From the NCBI RefSeq assembly GCF_037042905.1, contig NC_087252.1, positions 7,194,001-7,258,000 on the forward strand: a stretch of DNA of 64,000 nt, in the 5' to 3' direction. The notes under the pieces were generated by a model. That model saw only the letters and a program-made list of their open reading frames with translations. It searched no databases and had not been told where the DNA came from. Made by a program: the position numbers and the translations under genes. The DNA is from Lytechinus pictus (taxonomy: Eukaryota). Shown one piece after another: positions 13,470 through 26,366 of this stretch (position 1 is the stretch's first letter; each line of letters begins with the position of its first letter).

Positions 13470-16256
13470 ACAGTTTTGAAAAGTCTATAAAAAATTGTTT
13501 CAAATTATGATATCTATATTTTGATGTTAATAGATGCTCTGAAATCTTATCTTTGAAATGCCATTTAAAAAAAAATTGTTCATGCTTGAGCGAACACTGG
13601 ACGTTTTTGTCGGGGGTTCAAAATGAGGCTTGCGCCAAAATGGCAGAAATTAGAAATTTGATGATCAGACTTCTTGCTAATCAGCAGGCTTCCTTTTAAC
13701 CTTTTCATTATCTTCGCCATGATTTAGGAATTATGCTGTCAAATTTTATTTACAAGTGTATTTATTTACTTGAATTATTTTGTTTTTTCATTAAAACTTC
13801 TTTAACCTTTGAATTTTCCTTCATATGTAAGAAAAGAAGACTTTTGTCAACCCATGGAAGAAGATTTGCATTATTAATCATGTTAATTGGGAGAACTTGT
13901 AGTTATTCAAATCGTATTTTATTAGGTGAAAAAAATTACGTTATGGTACCTTAGAAAAACATGAATCCTATTTTCAAGGGGTCATTGATTCCTTGACCAA
14001 GTTTAATTAAGTGCTTGACAGGGCAAACAGGAAAGGATTCATGTCTTTCAATGGCAATGTATTGAGTGAATTTTGAAGGAGCTAGATATGGCAGATCGGA
14101 TAAAATGTATTTAAAGTTGAATTAAGAAGGGGGTGAGTTTCCATAAATATAGGTTCTACATACAATATATAGTATATATAAGTTGTTCAAACACATAGCA
14201 TGTCACAATAATCCTCTGCCTTCTCGATATTTTGCTTTGAAAGTCTATGAAATTAGCCACCTGTCAGAGCCCGAGAGACGAGTGTACAGAAAAGTCACTC
14301 GGAGTGTGACGTCACCGGGGGGAATTTAGTATAAGAGGTGCCTGAATGTCATACAGAAATGCTATGCAGAGAGAGAAAGATATTTTACAATTTTTTTTCA
14401 AAGCAACTCAAATCAAACAAATAGGACTGATATGTACAAATCTTTACTTTCCCTGTATAAAAAACAGTATGAATAACCACCATGAACTCTTCAATCATGA
14501 TGTAAGATGGCAAACAGTGAGTTATTGAATGATATTTTCACTATTTCTCATTTATTTTATCACGATGTTCAATCAAGTGAGTAGCTGGAAAGTAATTCCG
14601 GCGGCTAGCTCAGCGCGCGCTGAACGCATAATACTAGTACACACAACACCCAGGCATTGAGTGTACTGTTATGGTCTGGTATGTCGACTTAGTTCATGGC
14701 CGTGCAGCGATCCCCTGGCGTTTTTTCTTCTTTTCTTTTGTCTTTGACTCCACTTTTATATCCTCTGGATCATTTCCACTCATAGCTCATTCCACAGAAC
14801 AATCTTGAACCAAACGTATAGTATTCTTTCTCGGCCTTCTGAGTTGTTTTCTATATTTAATTACGCTAGGGGTCACCGTCACACATACAAACGCAATTCG
14901 GAAGTGAGTTGAAGACAGAAAGATATATAGTAATTAGTATACATCTCTATGGTTGAAGACAACAAGAACGGTACGGTAGCTCGACGGCTAGCTGCGCCGG
15001 AGCGGGCGGCCGGTCGGCACAAAGCAATTCCGCAACCAACTGTGTTTTTTTGCAAGAGCCGCGTCACACGCGGATAAATATGTCATAATAACACGTCTGC
15101 TACGTTATCGACTGGTGAGAAGATCTCATTCAAATTTCATATTATTCACCTTGAAATTATTCCTTTAGGGTCTATGGTATCATTCTGAGGGAATTCACAT
15201 ATTTGGAATAATAGTACGGCCACAAATATTTTAATCATTTCCTCTTTGCAAGTTCTATGGCTCGCAGATACAACTTCAACTGCAGTTATTCCATATGGAG
15301 GAGTACGTGCATAGTACACAAAACGGCACTGCCTTGTTTACTACACCGGGACCGAATACCCCCCGGTGACGTCACACTCAAAGAACACCCGTCTCGGTAG
15401 GCATTGCAGGAGCGAACTCAGGGAAAATGGGTAGGGATAAATCGTTCAAATTCACTATTTTGAAAAAAGAAAATGGGGGGTCGAATCACCTATTAGTGTT
15501 TGGGGGTTGTAAGGTTGCTATTAATGTAAATATCTCAATATTTGGAATCGTCTTCTTAATTCAACTTTAAATAGTTGTGAGCGAGCGAAGCGAGCAAGCA
15601 AAAATGTCCACTTTTTTTAATATCCAATTCTGTGATAGATTTTGACAAAATAATTAGAAAATAAATAATATTTCACTTTCTATCTTTCCTTGTATTCCCT
15701 TTCCACTTTTTTATTTGGGGGGGGGGGGGGGTAACACCCCGAGCCCCCACCAATCTGTATGCCACTGTTCAAAAGCACCATAACCTTTGTAGCACACAAT
15801 GGAAGGATTTTAAAAAATACATGCTTTCCCATACTTCGGTTTAAAAATTTTGTTTTTGCTTAAAGAATGACTATTGAAAGCTAAAAGAGAACATATTAAA
15901 AAGAAACAACAGAACAATTCAGGCAAATAAACAGATTTGAAAATGAATTTTAACAGCATAATTCGAAAATTATACATAGTCAAAGATAATTAAAAGGTTA
16001 AAAGAAAGTCTGCTGAATAGCAAGAAGTCCGATCATCATATTTATCATGTTATGCCATTTTGGCGCAAGATTCCTTTTTAACCCCAAACAAAAACATTCC
16101 GTGTTCGCTCAAGCATGAACAAAACTAATTTTTTTTAAATGGCATTTGAAAGATAAGACCTCAGAGCACCTAATAACACCAAAATGTAGATGTCATAATT
16201 TGAAACAAAAATTTTAGACTTTTCAAATCTGTCCCGTTTTTTTTCGATACGCACTG
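13470..16256. mobile_element. Long-TIR Tc1/mariner-type non-autonomous element, interrupted
   Basis: 13470-13715 is the inverted homologue of 15980-16230. Right end ...gatacgcactg|TA; left terminus decayed. Confidence 0.65.
14111..15570. mobile_element. Kolobok-type non-autonomous element
   Basis: Perfect TTAAAGTTGAATTAAGAAG / CTTCTTAATTCAACTTTAA ends. Internal inverted repeat gagtgtgacgtcaccgggggg (14302) versus 15359-15379. Confidence 0.8.
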
Positions 16257-17181
16257 TATAGGCATATCGGTTTTTGAAACTACAAATGTTAAGAAAAATT
16301 TCAACAAATTAAAACTTCATATTTCCAAATAAATGATGCAAATAAGTGTATGAAAATATGTTTTGCTTTTAACTCATATTATTGCTTGTAGAATGCTAAT
16401 TTTGGGTGAAAACATAAATTTGACATTTCTAACAAAAATATAAAAAAAAGAATGTCAAAACATGATTTATTTCTTATGTAGTTTATTGTAGGCCTATTTT
16501 TAATTTATCATGTATTTTTTTTTAATTCATTTTTTCTTCAATATTTTTGTTAAGGAATCTGAACTTGGGGACCGGAAGTTCACCCTGACAAAAGTTAGAT
16601 ATGCCACGTATCGTTTGGTGCTCCCAAATTTACCTCTCAGTCATCTAATTTTAAGATCAATATGGGATCTTTAGTGAAATATAATGTTTCCTTTATATCT
16701 TTTGTTTCTCTTACTATACCCCCTTCTGGTTTTTCATCTCTTTATTTTTTGCCTTTCTTTCTGTCCCTGCTCATTTTGCCCCTTTAGCCTCTTCTCCAGT
16801 TTCCTAACATTTCTGGCACATTATCTGGGGCGTATACGCGTGGGTAATATAGCACCAAAAAGGGAGAAATAGAAAGAGGAGGGAAGGGAGAAAAAAAATA
16901 TACGAGAAAATGTGGAGGAAATAATAATAATACATAGGAATTTCGCAAATCAAGAATTTCATTTGCAGTGATTATTATATATACTTCCCTTTAGAATACT
17001 TATTACAAAATCCTGCCATTGTTTGCCTTTATTTTACTCTGTATCAATCATAATTGATGCATACTGTATCCAATTTATCCCTAAAATTGTGATAAGAAAG
17101 ATTTAATAGGTATAAAATAAATTAAAAATGCATGTTATTTGATTACAAGACGTTTTTTTTTTTAAACAGTGCATACCTATA

Positions 17182-18010
17182 CAGTGCGTCCCACAAAAAA
17201 CGAAACCGAGATTTATCGATGATTTATCATAACTTAATCACAAATACAATAGACAAATGACCTACCATTGTAAAGCTCAGAATCTCCTCTTTCATCTGAT
17301 ATTACTTACATTATTTCTCATTCATGCATGAGTGAGCAAAAACAATTTGAAAAGGGGATACCAAAAAGTCAGTTGGCGGGCTGTATCTGGGTTTCAAGAA
17401 GAAAACCACATTTTCAAAAAGTTCAATATCTGCTCTTTAATTTGATACCTCAATTACAGAAAATGGTAGAGAAATAAGAAAGTTCTGGTTATTTGAAACA
17501 AGGCTTGATTTTCAATGATTTCATAAAATGAAGAGGTTTTACAGGCTAGCGTTCAAACTCACTCGACATTCCGTTTTGTTGACGATCAGCCATGCATTAA
17601 GTCTTTTGTTACCATGCGATAGCTTCTGTGGGATACTGGTGAAAACATGTTTATTTATTGAAATTATGGAAATACAAGCATTATTTCGAGGGATCATAAC
17701 TTTTTAAGTTCTTGAACATTATCTGTGATTAAGGTATCAAATAAAAGAGCAGATATCGAACTTTTTAGTCATGTGACTTTCTTTTTGAAATTCAGATAAT
17801 TCAGATACCCCCCACCAAATGAGTTTTTGGCATCCTTTCTTCAAATTGCTTTTGCTCACTCATGCGTGAATGAGGAATAATCTAAGTAGTATCAGATGAA
17901 AGAGGAGATTCTAAGCTTTATGTTGGTAGGTCATTTGTCTATTGTATTTATGATTAAGTTATGAGAAATCATTGCTAAATCTCAGTTTAATTTTTTTGTG
18001 GGACGCACTG
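17182..18010. mobile_element. Tc1/mariner-type MITE
   Basis: TA|CAGTGCGTCCCACAAAAAA...TTTTTTGTGGGACGCACTG|TA with long inverted arms. Confidence 0.88.
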
Positions 18011-18975
18011 TATAGTTACCACTAATGCATATAGCATTTCCATTTATTTGAAAGCAAGATAAAAGAGCGTTGCAGATTAAATGCCTCCAGGCTCACGGGC
18101 ATACTGTAGGTGCCGCGGATCGAACCCCAGACTTTCTATTTTTTTTCAGGCCGCCTAGACCACTCGGCCACGGCACCTCCACGTATGTGAGTGAAGGATA
18201 TCGCGATAGCGCAAGAACGATATCTTCTGAAGAGAGTGGCCTTTTTTGGTACTGAATCCGCCGGAGTAGAACACGATCTGCCGGCGGATTTGGTGCCTAG
18301 AACAGTATCTGCCAGGCGCAGGATCCGCCGGTACACCGGCACCAGCCAGCTGGATATAGCTACTGTATATACTATAGCGGTGTATGCGCAAGGAAGATCA
18401 ACTAAGTACTTTCTTTTTACTTGTTCTGATTGTAAATCATATATTTTGGGCTATAAAGATCTACAGTACATGTACATGTACTATTTCCGACATGTATAAT
18501 CATTTTTAACACATACCCTGTACAGTACCGTAGAGTCTCTCATACTGTACATTAAAAACATATATTGGATGTAACGTATCAATATTTAATTCGTGATCTT
18601 GTCTACAAGATCGCGAATACAACAATGCGTATTGCATTGTTGTATGCATTGTATATTTCGCACATTTACGCATACGTTTCACAATACATGAACAGTCTCA
18701 TATTGAACAGAAAGTTTTGTACAGGAATGTACTGTACATTTAGATACATGTAGGATATTCATCAGATATCAGTAGGAATACGCTCTCGAATATTAGCTAA
18801 TGACGTAGACCAAAATTTGTGTTTTTAATGCATCGCTAAAATGATATACAATAATGATCATATTTATTCATCTGCAGGTTCTTGGATTATAACTCCTGTT
18901 GGTGGAATTAACCCAGAAGGAATATAGACTACAGGGAAATATTTCCACATCTGAAGTATCTGCAGATTTTAAAGG

Positions 18976-19027
18976 ATGGATGGTCTGAATGCAATCAAAC
19001 TTCTTCTAGCTCTTACATTTGTTCATG
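18976..19027 (+). CDS. IgSF gene, signal-peptide exon (MDGLNAIKLLLALTFVH-G)
   Basis: ATG at 18976, hydrophobic core LLLALTFV, phase-1 donor G|gtaagg at 19028. Joins in frame to the exon at 43152 giving ...FVHGTNG/QTATV. Upstream acceptor tctgcag| at 18877 suggests the exon starts at 18878 with 5' UTR. Confidence 0.75.
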
Positions 19028-19666
19028 GTAAGGTCAAGTTTTTGGGCTTTTTACATTTTTATTTTAAAGAGAATTATGCTGAAATATGGTATGCCGAAAT
19101 GGTACTTTGACTCGGATGTTTGGGCAAGTCCAAGAATTTGCGCATGTTACGTATGGGACATTTCAGAGGCTTTAATGACCTGAAAAAATAGAGTTAAATG
19201 ACTTTGATTAGATTGTATACCCTCATTGGTGAGTATCTAGGAGAAGAATAATCATACAAAAAATGGTGACATATGACCTTGACCTTTTAGAGAGAAAAGA
19301 TGAGCTGTTACGTATGGGACACAGAAAAAAGACAATTTTTCAAAGTTGAAAATTCTCTAAAAGTATTTCAATTGACAACTTGTAAGTCACAACACTCTAG
19401 TATAAAGGCAAGTTTCATGTCATAAGCCCAAACCGTCTAATTACCGACACTAATTAAACAGATTAATGACTTGTTATATACATGTATATGGGACAGTTAC
19501 GTATAGGACATTTTGTCCCTATAGAGAACGTACATGTACACAATTTTCCCCATAATTTTAAAACTGAAAATAATCTAAAATATGGAATTATCAAGAGTTG
19601 TTTCTTTTAAACTGTTCTATTGAGATATAGTTCATATGACTGAAAAGGGAATTATCCATTTCAACA

Positions 19667-20986
19667 TTTTTGTCCCGCCTGCATAGCAGAGCGAGACTAT
19701 AGGCACCGCTTTTCCGACGGCGGCGGCGGCGTCGTCAACATTGAAATCTTAACCAAGGTTAAGTTTTTGAAATGTCATCATAACTTAGAAAGTATATGGA
19801 CCTAGTTCATAAAACTTGGACAAAAGGGTAATCAAGTATTACTGAACATCCTGCTCGAATTTCAGGTCACATGACCAAGGTCAAAGGTCATTTAGGGTCA
19901 ACTAACTTGACCATGTTGGGGGAATCAATGTAAAAATCTTAACCAAGGTTAAGTTTTTGAAATGTCGTCATAACTTCGAAAGTATATGGACCTAGTTCAT
20001 GAAACTTGGATATAAAGATGATAGGGTATCATTGAAGATCCTGCTTAAGTTTCAGGTCACATGACCAAGGTCAAAGGTCATTTAGGGTCAACGATCTTTG
20101 ATAATGTTTGGGGTATTTGTGGAATTGTCATAAAACTTTAGAATTTTATAGATCTAATTCATAGAAACTTGGGACATACATTAAGAGGAACCATGTATGT
20201 AATATCTTGTGCTTGTTTCAGGTCACATGACCAAAATCAAAGGTCATTTTTTAATAGGGTCAATGAACTTTGGCCATGTTGGGATTGTTGAATTGGCATC
20301 ATAACTTAGAAAGTTTATAGATCTACACATGTAGTTTATGAAACAGATATAAGCAGGGTGCTACATAACTTTTTAGAAGCGCTTGCCCGGTCAGGCAAGT
20401 AAATTTTTAAATAGTTGGAATATACTTGCCAAAAATCTATTTTACTTGCCAAAAAAAAACCTTGGAAAAAAAGCTTTACCTCTTCAAAAGAAAGTTTTGC
20501 GGTTTTATAAACCATAGACCTTTTTCTCTTTTGACATGAACTGATCTACCTTGTTATTGCATTTCTTTTTCCAAAGAGATTTTAAATATCTTGCCTGCCA
20601 TGACCAAAATTATGGTCAATATCATATATCGACCCTAATTTTGGTCATTCTACATGTACTGTTAGAATTTTACTTGCCCGGTTCAGGCAAGTACTTTTGG
20701 TCTTAACTTCAAAACACTTGCCCGACTCTAACTTTTACTTGCCCTGGGCAATCGGGCAAGTGCTTATGTAGCACCCTGTTAGGGATATATTCAAGTTGTC
20801 TTGCACATACTGTCTGAGGTCATATGATCATGTTCGAAGGTCATGTTGGGTAAATGGACATTGTCTTTTATTATCATATGAGTGTTTTCTTCATGAATAA
20901 TTATTTAAAAGCTGTTTTCAAAGTCAGCACTGCTGGTATACAAATCGCGTAATGCAGGCGAGACTGCCAGAGGCGTTCCACTTGTT
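19667..20986 (+). mobile_element. HINE/Helentron-associated tandem-repeat element, family A
   Basis: T-run start, subterminal inverted repeat GTC(C/T)CGCCTGC / GCAGGCGAGAC, (GGC)n, internal tandem units, end ...CCACTTGTT. Confidence 0.75.
20354..20778. mobile_element. hAT-like MITE nested in family A element
   Basis: TIR CAGGGTGCTACATAA / TTATGTAGCACCCTG, internal ACTTGCCC repeats. Confidence 0.75.
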
Positions 20987-21393
20987 AATATTTTCCCTCA
21001 ATTGAGCAGGATCTACAGAACTAGGCCTTAGTTTTTAACACTGAAATATAGTAATGTTCTCATTTCGATCTATTGATGTAACTGGTGTTAGCAGTGCACT
21101 TTCTGCTGATTAACGTATATGAGAGTAAAATTTTTGATGTTCTTTTTGTTTGAGCTTCAATTCAATTAATTCAGGCTTTATGGAAGCGGGACCAGCATGT
21201 TTTATTTCTTCATTTTCTTATCCGAATTCATCAATGTCTCCCATTATCATTGGGTCGCCAATTCATATAATAATATGTTGCATTTATGAGGCACTGATTA
21301 ATGGTGCACTCTATGCATTTTATAATTCATACTATAATCCATGGGATGCCATTTTATCACTGCAAATGTCAGCTGATGTATCTGTAGCCTTGG

Positions 21394-21733
21394 TTTTTGT
21401 CTCACCTGCATAGAAGAGTGAGACTATTATAATAGGCGCCGCTTTTCCGACGGCCTATGTTGGAGGTAATTATTACATGGCTGTCATAACTTTCAAAGTT
21501 TATGGATATAATTTATGAATTGTGGACAAGGGGGTAATGAAATATCACTGACAAGTCTTAGGAGACATGATCAAGGTCAAATGTCATTTAGGGTCAATGA
21601 ACGTACATGTATTGTATCATTATATGAATGTTTTTGTTTTTAATAATTATTTTATAATAGTTTTCAAAGTCAGCACTGCTGCTATATTGAATCGCGTAAT
21701 GCAGGTGAGACTGCCAGAGGCGCTCCACTTGTT
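21394..21733 (+). mobile_element. Family A element, internally deleted copy
   Basis: Both termini match 19667-20986. Confidence 0.7.
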
Positions 21734-21811
21734 TTTTCTTGTTTTTCATGGTTTCATGAATTTCTTATGTATTTCTATTGTTTTTTATTTTTTTCATATT
21801 TTTCCATTTTC

Positions 21812-23270
21812 ATTATTATTATTATTACTTATTATTTGTACTGCGCTTTTCCCATTAGGCCCAAAGCGCTTACAATGAATTAATTAAATGTAATATTTTA
21901 AAAACTACAAAGTACGAAAGAGATGAGTTTTTAATGACTTTTTGAAAATTGCTAATGTTGGAGACTGTCTAATTATTAGTGGCAGGTCGTTCCAGGATTT
22001 TGAAGCCGACACTGTAAAAGTTCTGTCACCAGCTAATGTACGAGTTAATGAATATGTGAGGCGAAGGTGATCACTGGCCAACCTAAGTGCTCTAGTTGGT
22101 GTATACAGATTCAAGCAGTTACTTAAATACTGTGGAGCCTGTTTATTCAGTGTTTTGTAGACAATCAAGAGTAATTTGAACGTAATTCTCTGTTTAAAAG
22201 GAAGCCAGTGAAGAGAATTAAAGAGTGGTTGGGAAGGATGATCTCGGGAAACCTGTAAAATTAATCGTGCTGCCCAATTTTGTAGTCGTTGAATACGAAT
22301 TAATTGATTAGAGGGAATTGTAGAAAGGAGCCCATTGCAATAATCAATACGAGACAGAACCAATGAACGAACAGCATTGTGACAGGCAGACTGGTCAATG
22401 AACCTTCTGATTCTAGAAATGTTCCTTAAATAAAAAGTGACTGTGCTACAGATATGAGAGATATGGTACGACATTGACATGCGGGAATCAAATATGACAC
22501 CAAGGTTTCTTATTTTTTCTGATGGTCTAAAGAGTGTACCATCAACATCAAGTTGAACATTTGGAAGATTGCGCAAGTTATAAGTAGAGGCCGCAACAAA
22601 AAATTCAGTTTTTTTGTCATTTAATTTTAGCTTATTCACTATCATCCACTGTCTTATATCTGATATACAATTCTGGAGTTTAACCAGTGCATTATTGAGA
22701 GCTCCAGGAGTCTTCGGATCAAAAGAAACGTATAGTTGTACTGTATGTCATCAGCATAAAAATGATAATTGATACAGTGATTTCGGATGATGTCGCCAAC
22801 TGGAAGAGTATATATTGAGTAGCCTATGGGTCCGACTATTGACCCCTGAGGGAGTCCAAATTCTAGAGTTATGGGATTTGACAATGTGCCGTCAATATCA
22901 ACTTGCGAAGTCCATCCAGACAGGTATGATTGGAACCAGGATAAGACTTTGGACCTAACGCCTATTCTATTGAATAACCGAGATATGAAAATGTTATGAT
23001 CTATTGTATCAAACGCGACAGATAAATCTAACAGCACCATAAAAACTACATTATTTGAGTCGAGAGAAAACATGATATCATTTTTTACTTTGATCAGAGC
23101 TGACTCGGTGCTGTGACCTGGCCTATAGGCAGATTGGAGAGGATCAAAAATATTATTAGATTCAATATGATCAGCTAGTTGAGTACATGCCGCCTTCTCG
23201 ATGAGTTTACCTAGAAATGTTAAGTTTGAGACCGGTCTATAATTACTGATGTCATTTACGTCCATGAATT
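21812..23270 (-). mobile_element. 5'-truncated CR1/L2-group LINE (reverse transcriptase, frameshifted)
   Basis: ORFs 22654-23265 and 21905-22645 carry NYRPVS, LLDLSVAFD, PQGS, YADD and LKLNDKKTE. 3' stem-loop gcgcttt..aaagcgc and (TAA)n tail. Confidence 0.95.
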
Positions 23271-25839
23271 TTTTTTTTCATTAATCAGCATTTATAACAA
23301 ATCAGTCTTTAGCAACTAAAGAAAAGGTTTCGGTATATAAATCACTTTTAAGAGCACTCTTGAAATTTGTTTTTCTCCATTCACAAATCTCCCCATTGAC
23401 ATTGTGTGTAAATGTCCCATACGTAACAATTTTTTAATGAACTTTGAATTGAAAAGCTAACTATATTTTTGAAACTATTTGTGGTATAACATTTTCATAC
23501 TCAATTAATTAAAACTTCCCAGAGATGCAATAATACAAGCATTGTATTCTAAAAAATAACTTTAAAAAAATCCTCAAAATGTTACGAATGGGGCATTTCA
23601 TCCTTGGACATGATCTAATTTGCATATTTAATTCAATGACACCACTCTTTTCCCTCAAAAGTGATAAGATGTTTAGGGGATCCATGTCCCACAGGTCTAT
23701 TAAAATCTCACAAGTTTTGTTTAAATTTTCGATGAATTTTTATAATTGTCCCATCTGTAACGCCCATTTTACCAATTTTGTAAATTAGATGCCCCAAATT
23801 TGCATGTTGTATGCATTTGTTTTCATATTGTTATAAAAAATGTTATCAAATTTTTATGCCCCCGCAGACATACATGTAGTTCGGAGGGGGCATTAAGCGT
23901 TGCCCCTTTACTTTCGTCCCCCACTTGGTTTCCGCTCAATAACCTGAAAAATAATCATTGGATTTGAAATTTTTTTGGTGTGTACATGGAGGTAGATGAC
24001 TCCAAAATACAGGCTAAGTTTGAATTTGGAGTCCGCAGGTCAAAGCTCACAGCTCATTAAATATGTGAGTTGGTTTACGCGCAAATAACTTGAAAATTTA
24101 AGGGATTAAAAAAAAATTTGATGTAAGTAGATGACACCAAAATACAGGCTAGGTTAGGTACGCTACTCTAGCGCGAGAGGGCGCGATTTTCGCGTCATCA
24201 TTTTCGCGTACGAAAATGGCGACAAGCTGCTTCGGGAGCCGGTGCGAGCAATAACGGCAAGCCCTACTTGAGTCTCCTGTCTAGGATGGTAAACGTATAT
24301 CAATGGGAATGAAAACGATGACATCATCTTCCCAATGCATTCAGCTATACTGCACGGTAAGCTCTTGCGACGGAGGGTCGAGATCGGAACAATAATTGCA
24401 CTAAAACAGTCTGTAAGTACAGTTTATGCATCAAATCATCATTATATGTTATTTTAATGGAATTATCAGACATATTACGCTAAAAATACATATGCTACTC
24501 GAAAATTGAAGTCGTAAGCTTTCATTTCTTACCTCATTCATGGCAGCATTTCTTGCCACCATTTGCCACGGACGAATGTTAAACGCCCTTGCTATTTGTT
24601 TCGTGGGATTTTCGTGGGAAGTTTGGCGACGCGTTTCGCGGGCTAATTTATGGCGGCTGCTAGGGTTTTTGGTTGCCCGCGGTGTGTAGTCCTGCGCATT
24701 GGAATTTGTGTAGCAGACCGTCTACCGTGATATGTCTGGTATTTCTTTGATTTAAAAAAACTTTTTCTTTTTTATAAATTAGGAATTGAAAACCAGACAC
24801 AAATGTAGAAATCAGAAATACATCCCACACTGACACACATTCATTTTGATTGAATAAAATATTGAAAAAAAATGGCAAATGACGCAACAACTTTCTGAAT
24901 CTTCTCGAACCTAATTTTAGCCTTTACTTCAGTCTTGATTTATTATTTGATGATTATATTCTGTTGAAAATTCATGTAACATGATTTCTTTTGGCCTAAT
25001 CAAACTTAAATTTTTTATTATTTTAAAAATGAATGGCCTAGATCTAATTTAATTCATTATCATTTTAATTTTCTTTTGTTTTCATTTTTTTATTTTCATT
25101 CAGATTAATTTCTTACCTCCATTTGAGCATGGCAATACTTACTGATCTGAAGTCGAGGGGCCCAACAATGAACAGACTTGGGCTGCATGAGCCGTCGAAT
25201 ATCTGTGGTTCCAAGAAAGCGTGATGGAAATGCCGCCTTAAAAAAACCAACCCCACCTCTGCCTCTGGTCTTTGTTCTTGGCGATCCTGCATTCCATTCA
25301 GACTGCAACTTTAAGCAGGAATTGTTCTACCAACTACTTAATTATTCACAAATGTGAATTGCAGCTTTTAAATTGACAAGAAAGAAACAATTGATTTATC
25401 TCACCCCCCCCCCCCCCCCAACTGTCTTCTAACATTTTCTATCACCCCAAACTAACACTTTTTTTCTTGTATGTCTGTTTAAATATTTTTATTTAGACTT
25501 TATGTAATTTTTTCATGATTTATTTAAGAAGTATGAGCAAAAAAACAAACAATTTGGCACATGCAGTAGAGAAGAGAAGGAACATAGTGTTGAAAAAGGA
25601 TACACATACAGATCTGAATATTAAAATAAATTTAAAAAAGAAATGACAAATCCACACTGACACATGAAAGTATTCATTTTATTTTTTTTCCTTGTTGGCA
25701 TTGGTTACATTAATTAACTCCACATAAAAATATAAATTGGATATTTTAACAGTATTAATGAAGTTGCTCAATAAAATTTAAAATTAGGTATTCTCATTGG
25801 AGGTAATGGTTGATACAGATGGGTGGGTGGACCTGCAGC

Positions 25840-26079
25840 CACTAGCGTACCTATGGGGGGGGCAGACTGCCCCCCCCCCCCGACGAGTCACAACCCATGC
25901 AAGGGACGTATCCCTGCCCTCCCCCCCTGATGAGCCACCGGTGGCCCCCTCCTTTGAAGTTTAAGACCGAAAGTACGAAATCCTTTATTTGTGGTTGAAG
26001 ACTTTTTTGCTTGTCAAATTTTTGGGCGGACGATTTTGCCCCCCCCCCCCCCCTGTGGAAAATCCTAGGTACGCTACTG
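25840..26079. mobile_element. hAT MITE
   Basis: CA(C/G)TAGCGTACCTA...TAGGTACGCTACTG with perfect 8-bp TSD CCTGCAGC. Confidence 0.88.
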
Positions 26080-26196
26080 CCTGCAGCTCTATTGTTTTAT
26101 TAGATTTTCATTTTTTATTGCTGGGGGGGGGGGGTATTATGTAGAGCTGAAGCCAAATGATCTTATGAGGCAAGATTCAGTGTACAGCTCAATATG

Positions 26197-26366
26197 ATGC
26201 ATGTAAAGTGATTTATTAAACTTTTGAAATATCAATTAAGAACTGGAATGATGAATGATATGAATATAAGAAATATATTAAATGCATGTAAAGTGATTTA
26301 TTAAACTTTTGAAATATCAATTAAGAACTGGAATGATGAATGTTATGAATATAAGAAATCTATTAT
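26197..26366. repeat. 85-bp tandem duplication
   Basis: atgcatgtaaagtgatttattaaac...aagaaat occurs twice, nearly identical. Confidence 0.9.

Larger units (their letters stand above)
12929..18340. mobile_element. Possible old composite bounded by GCCGGTGTA..GGCGGAT inverted ends
   Basis: gccggtgtagtggcggattc at 12929 and ggatccgccggtacaccggc at 18340, with GGCGGAT/ATCCGCC subterminal repeats. No TSD seen. Confidence 0.45.

Noticed and set aside
24216..24295. THAP-like start MATSCFGSRC (P-element signature)
   Set aside because: Stops after 12 codons; too little similarity to support.
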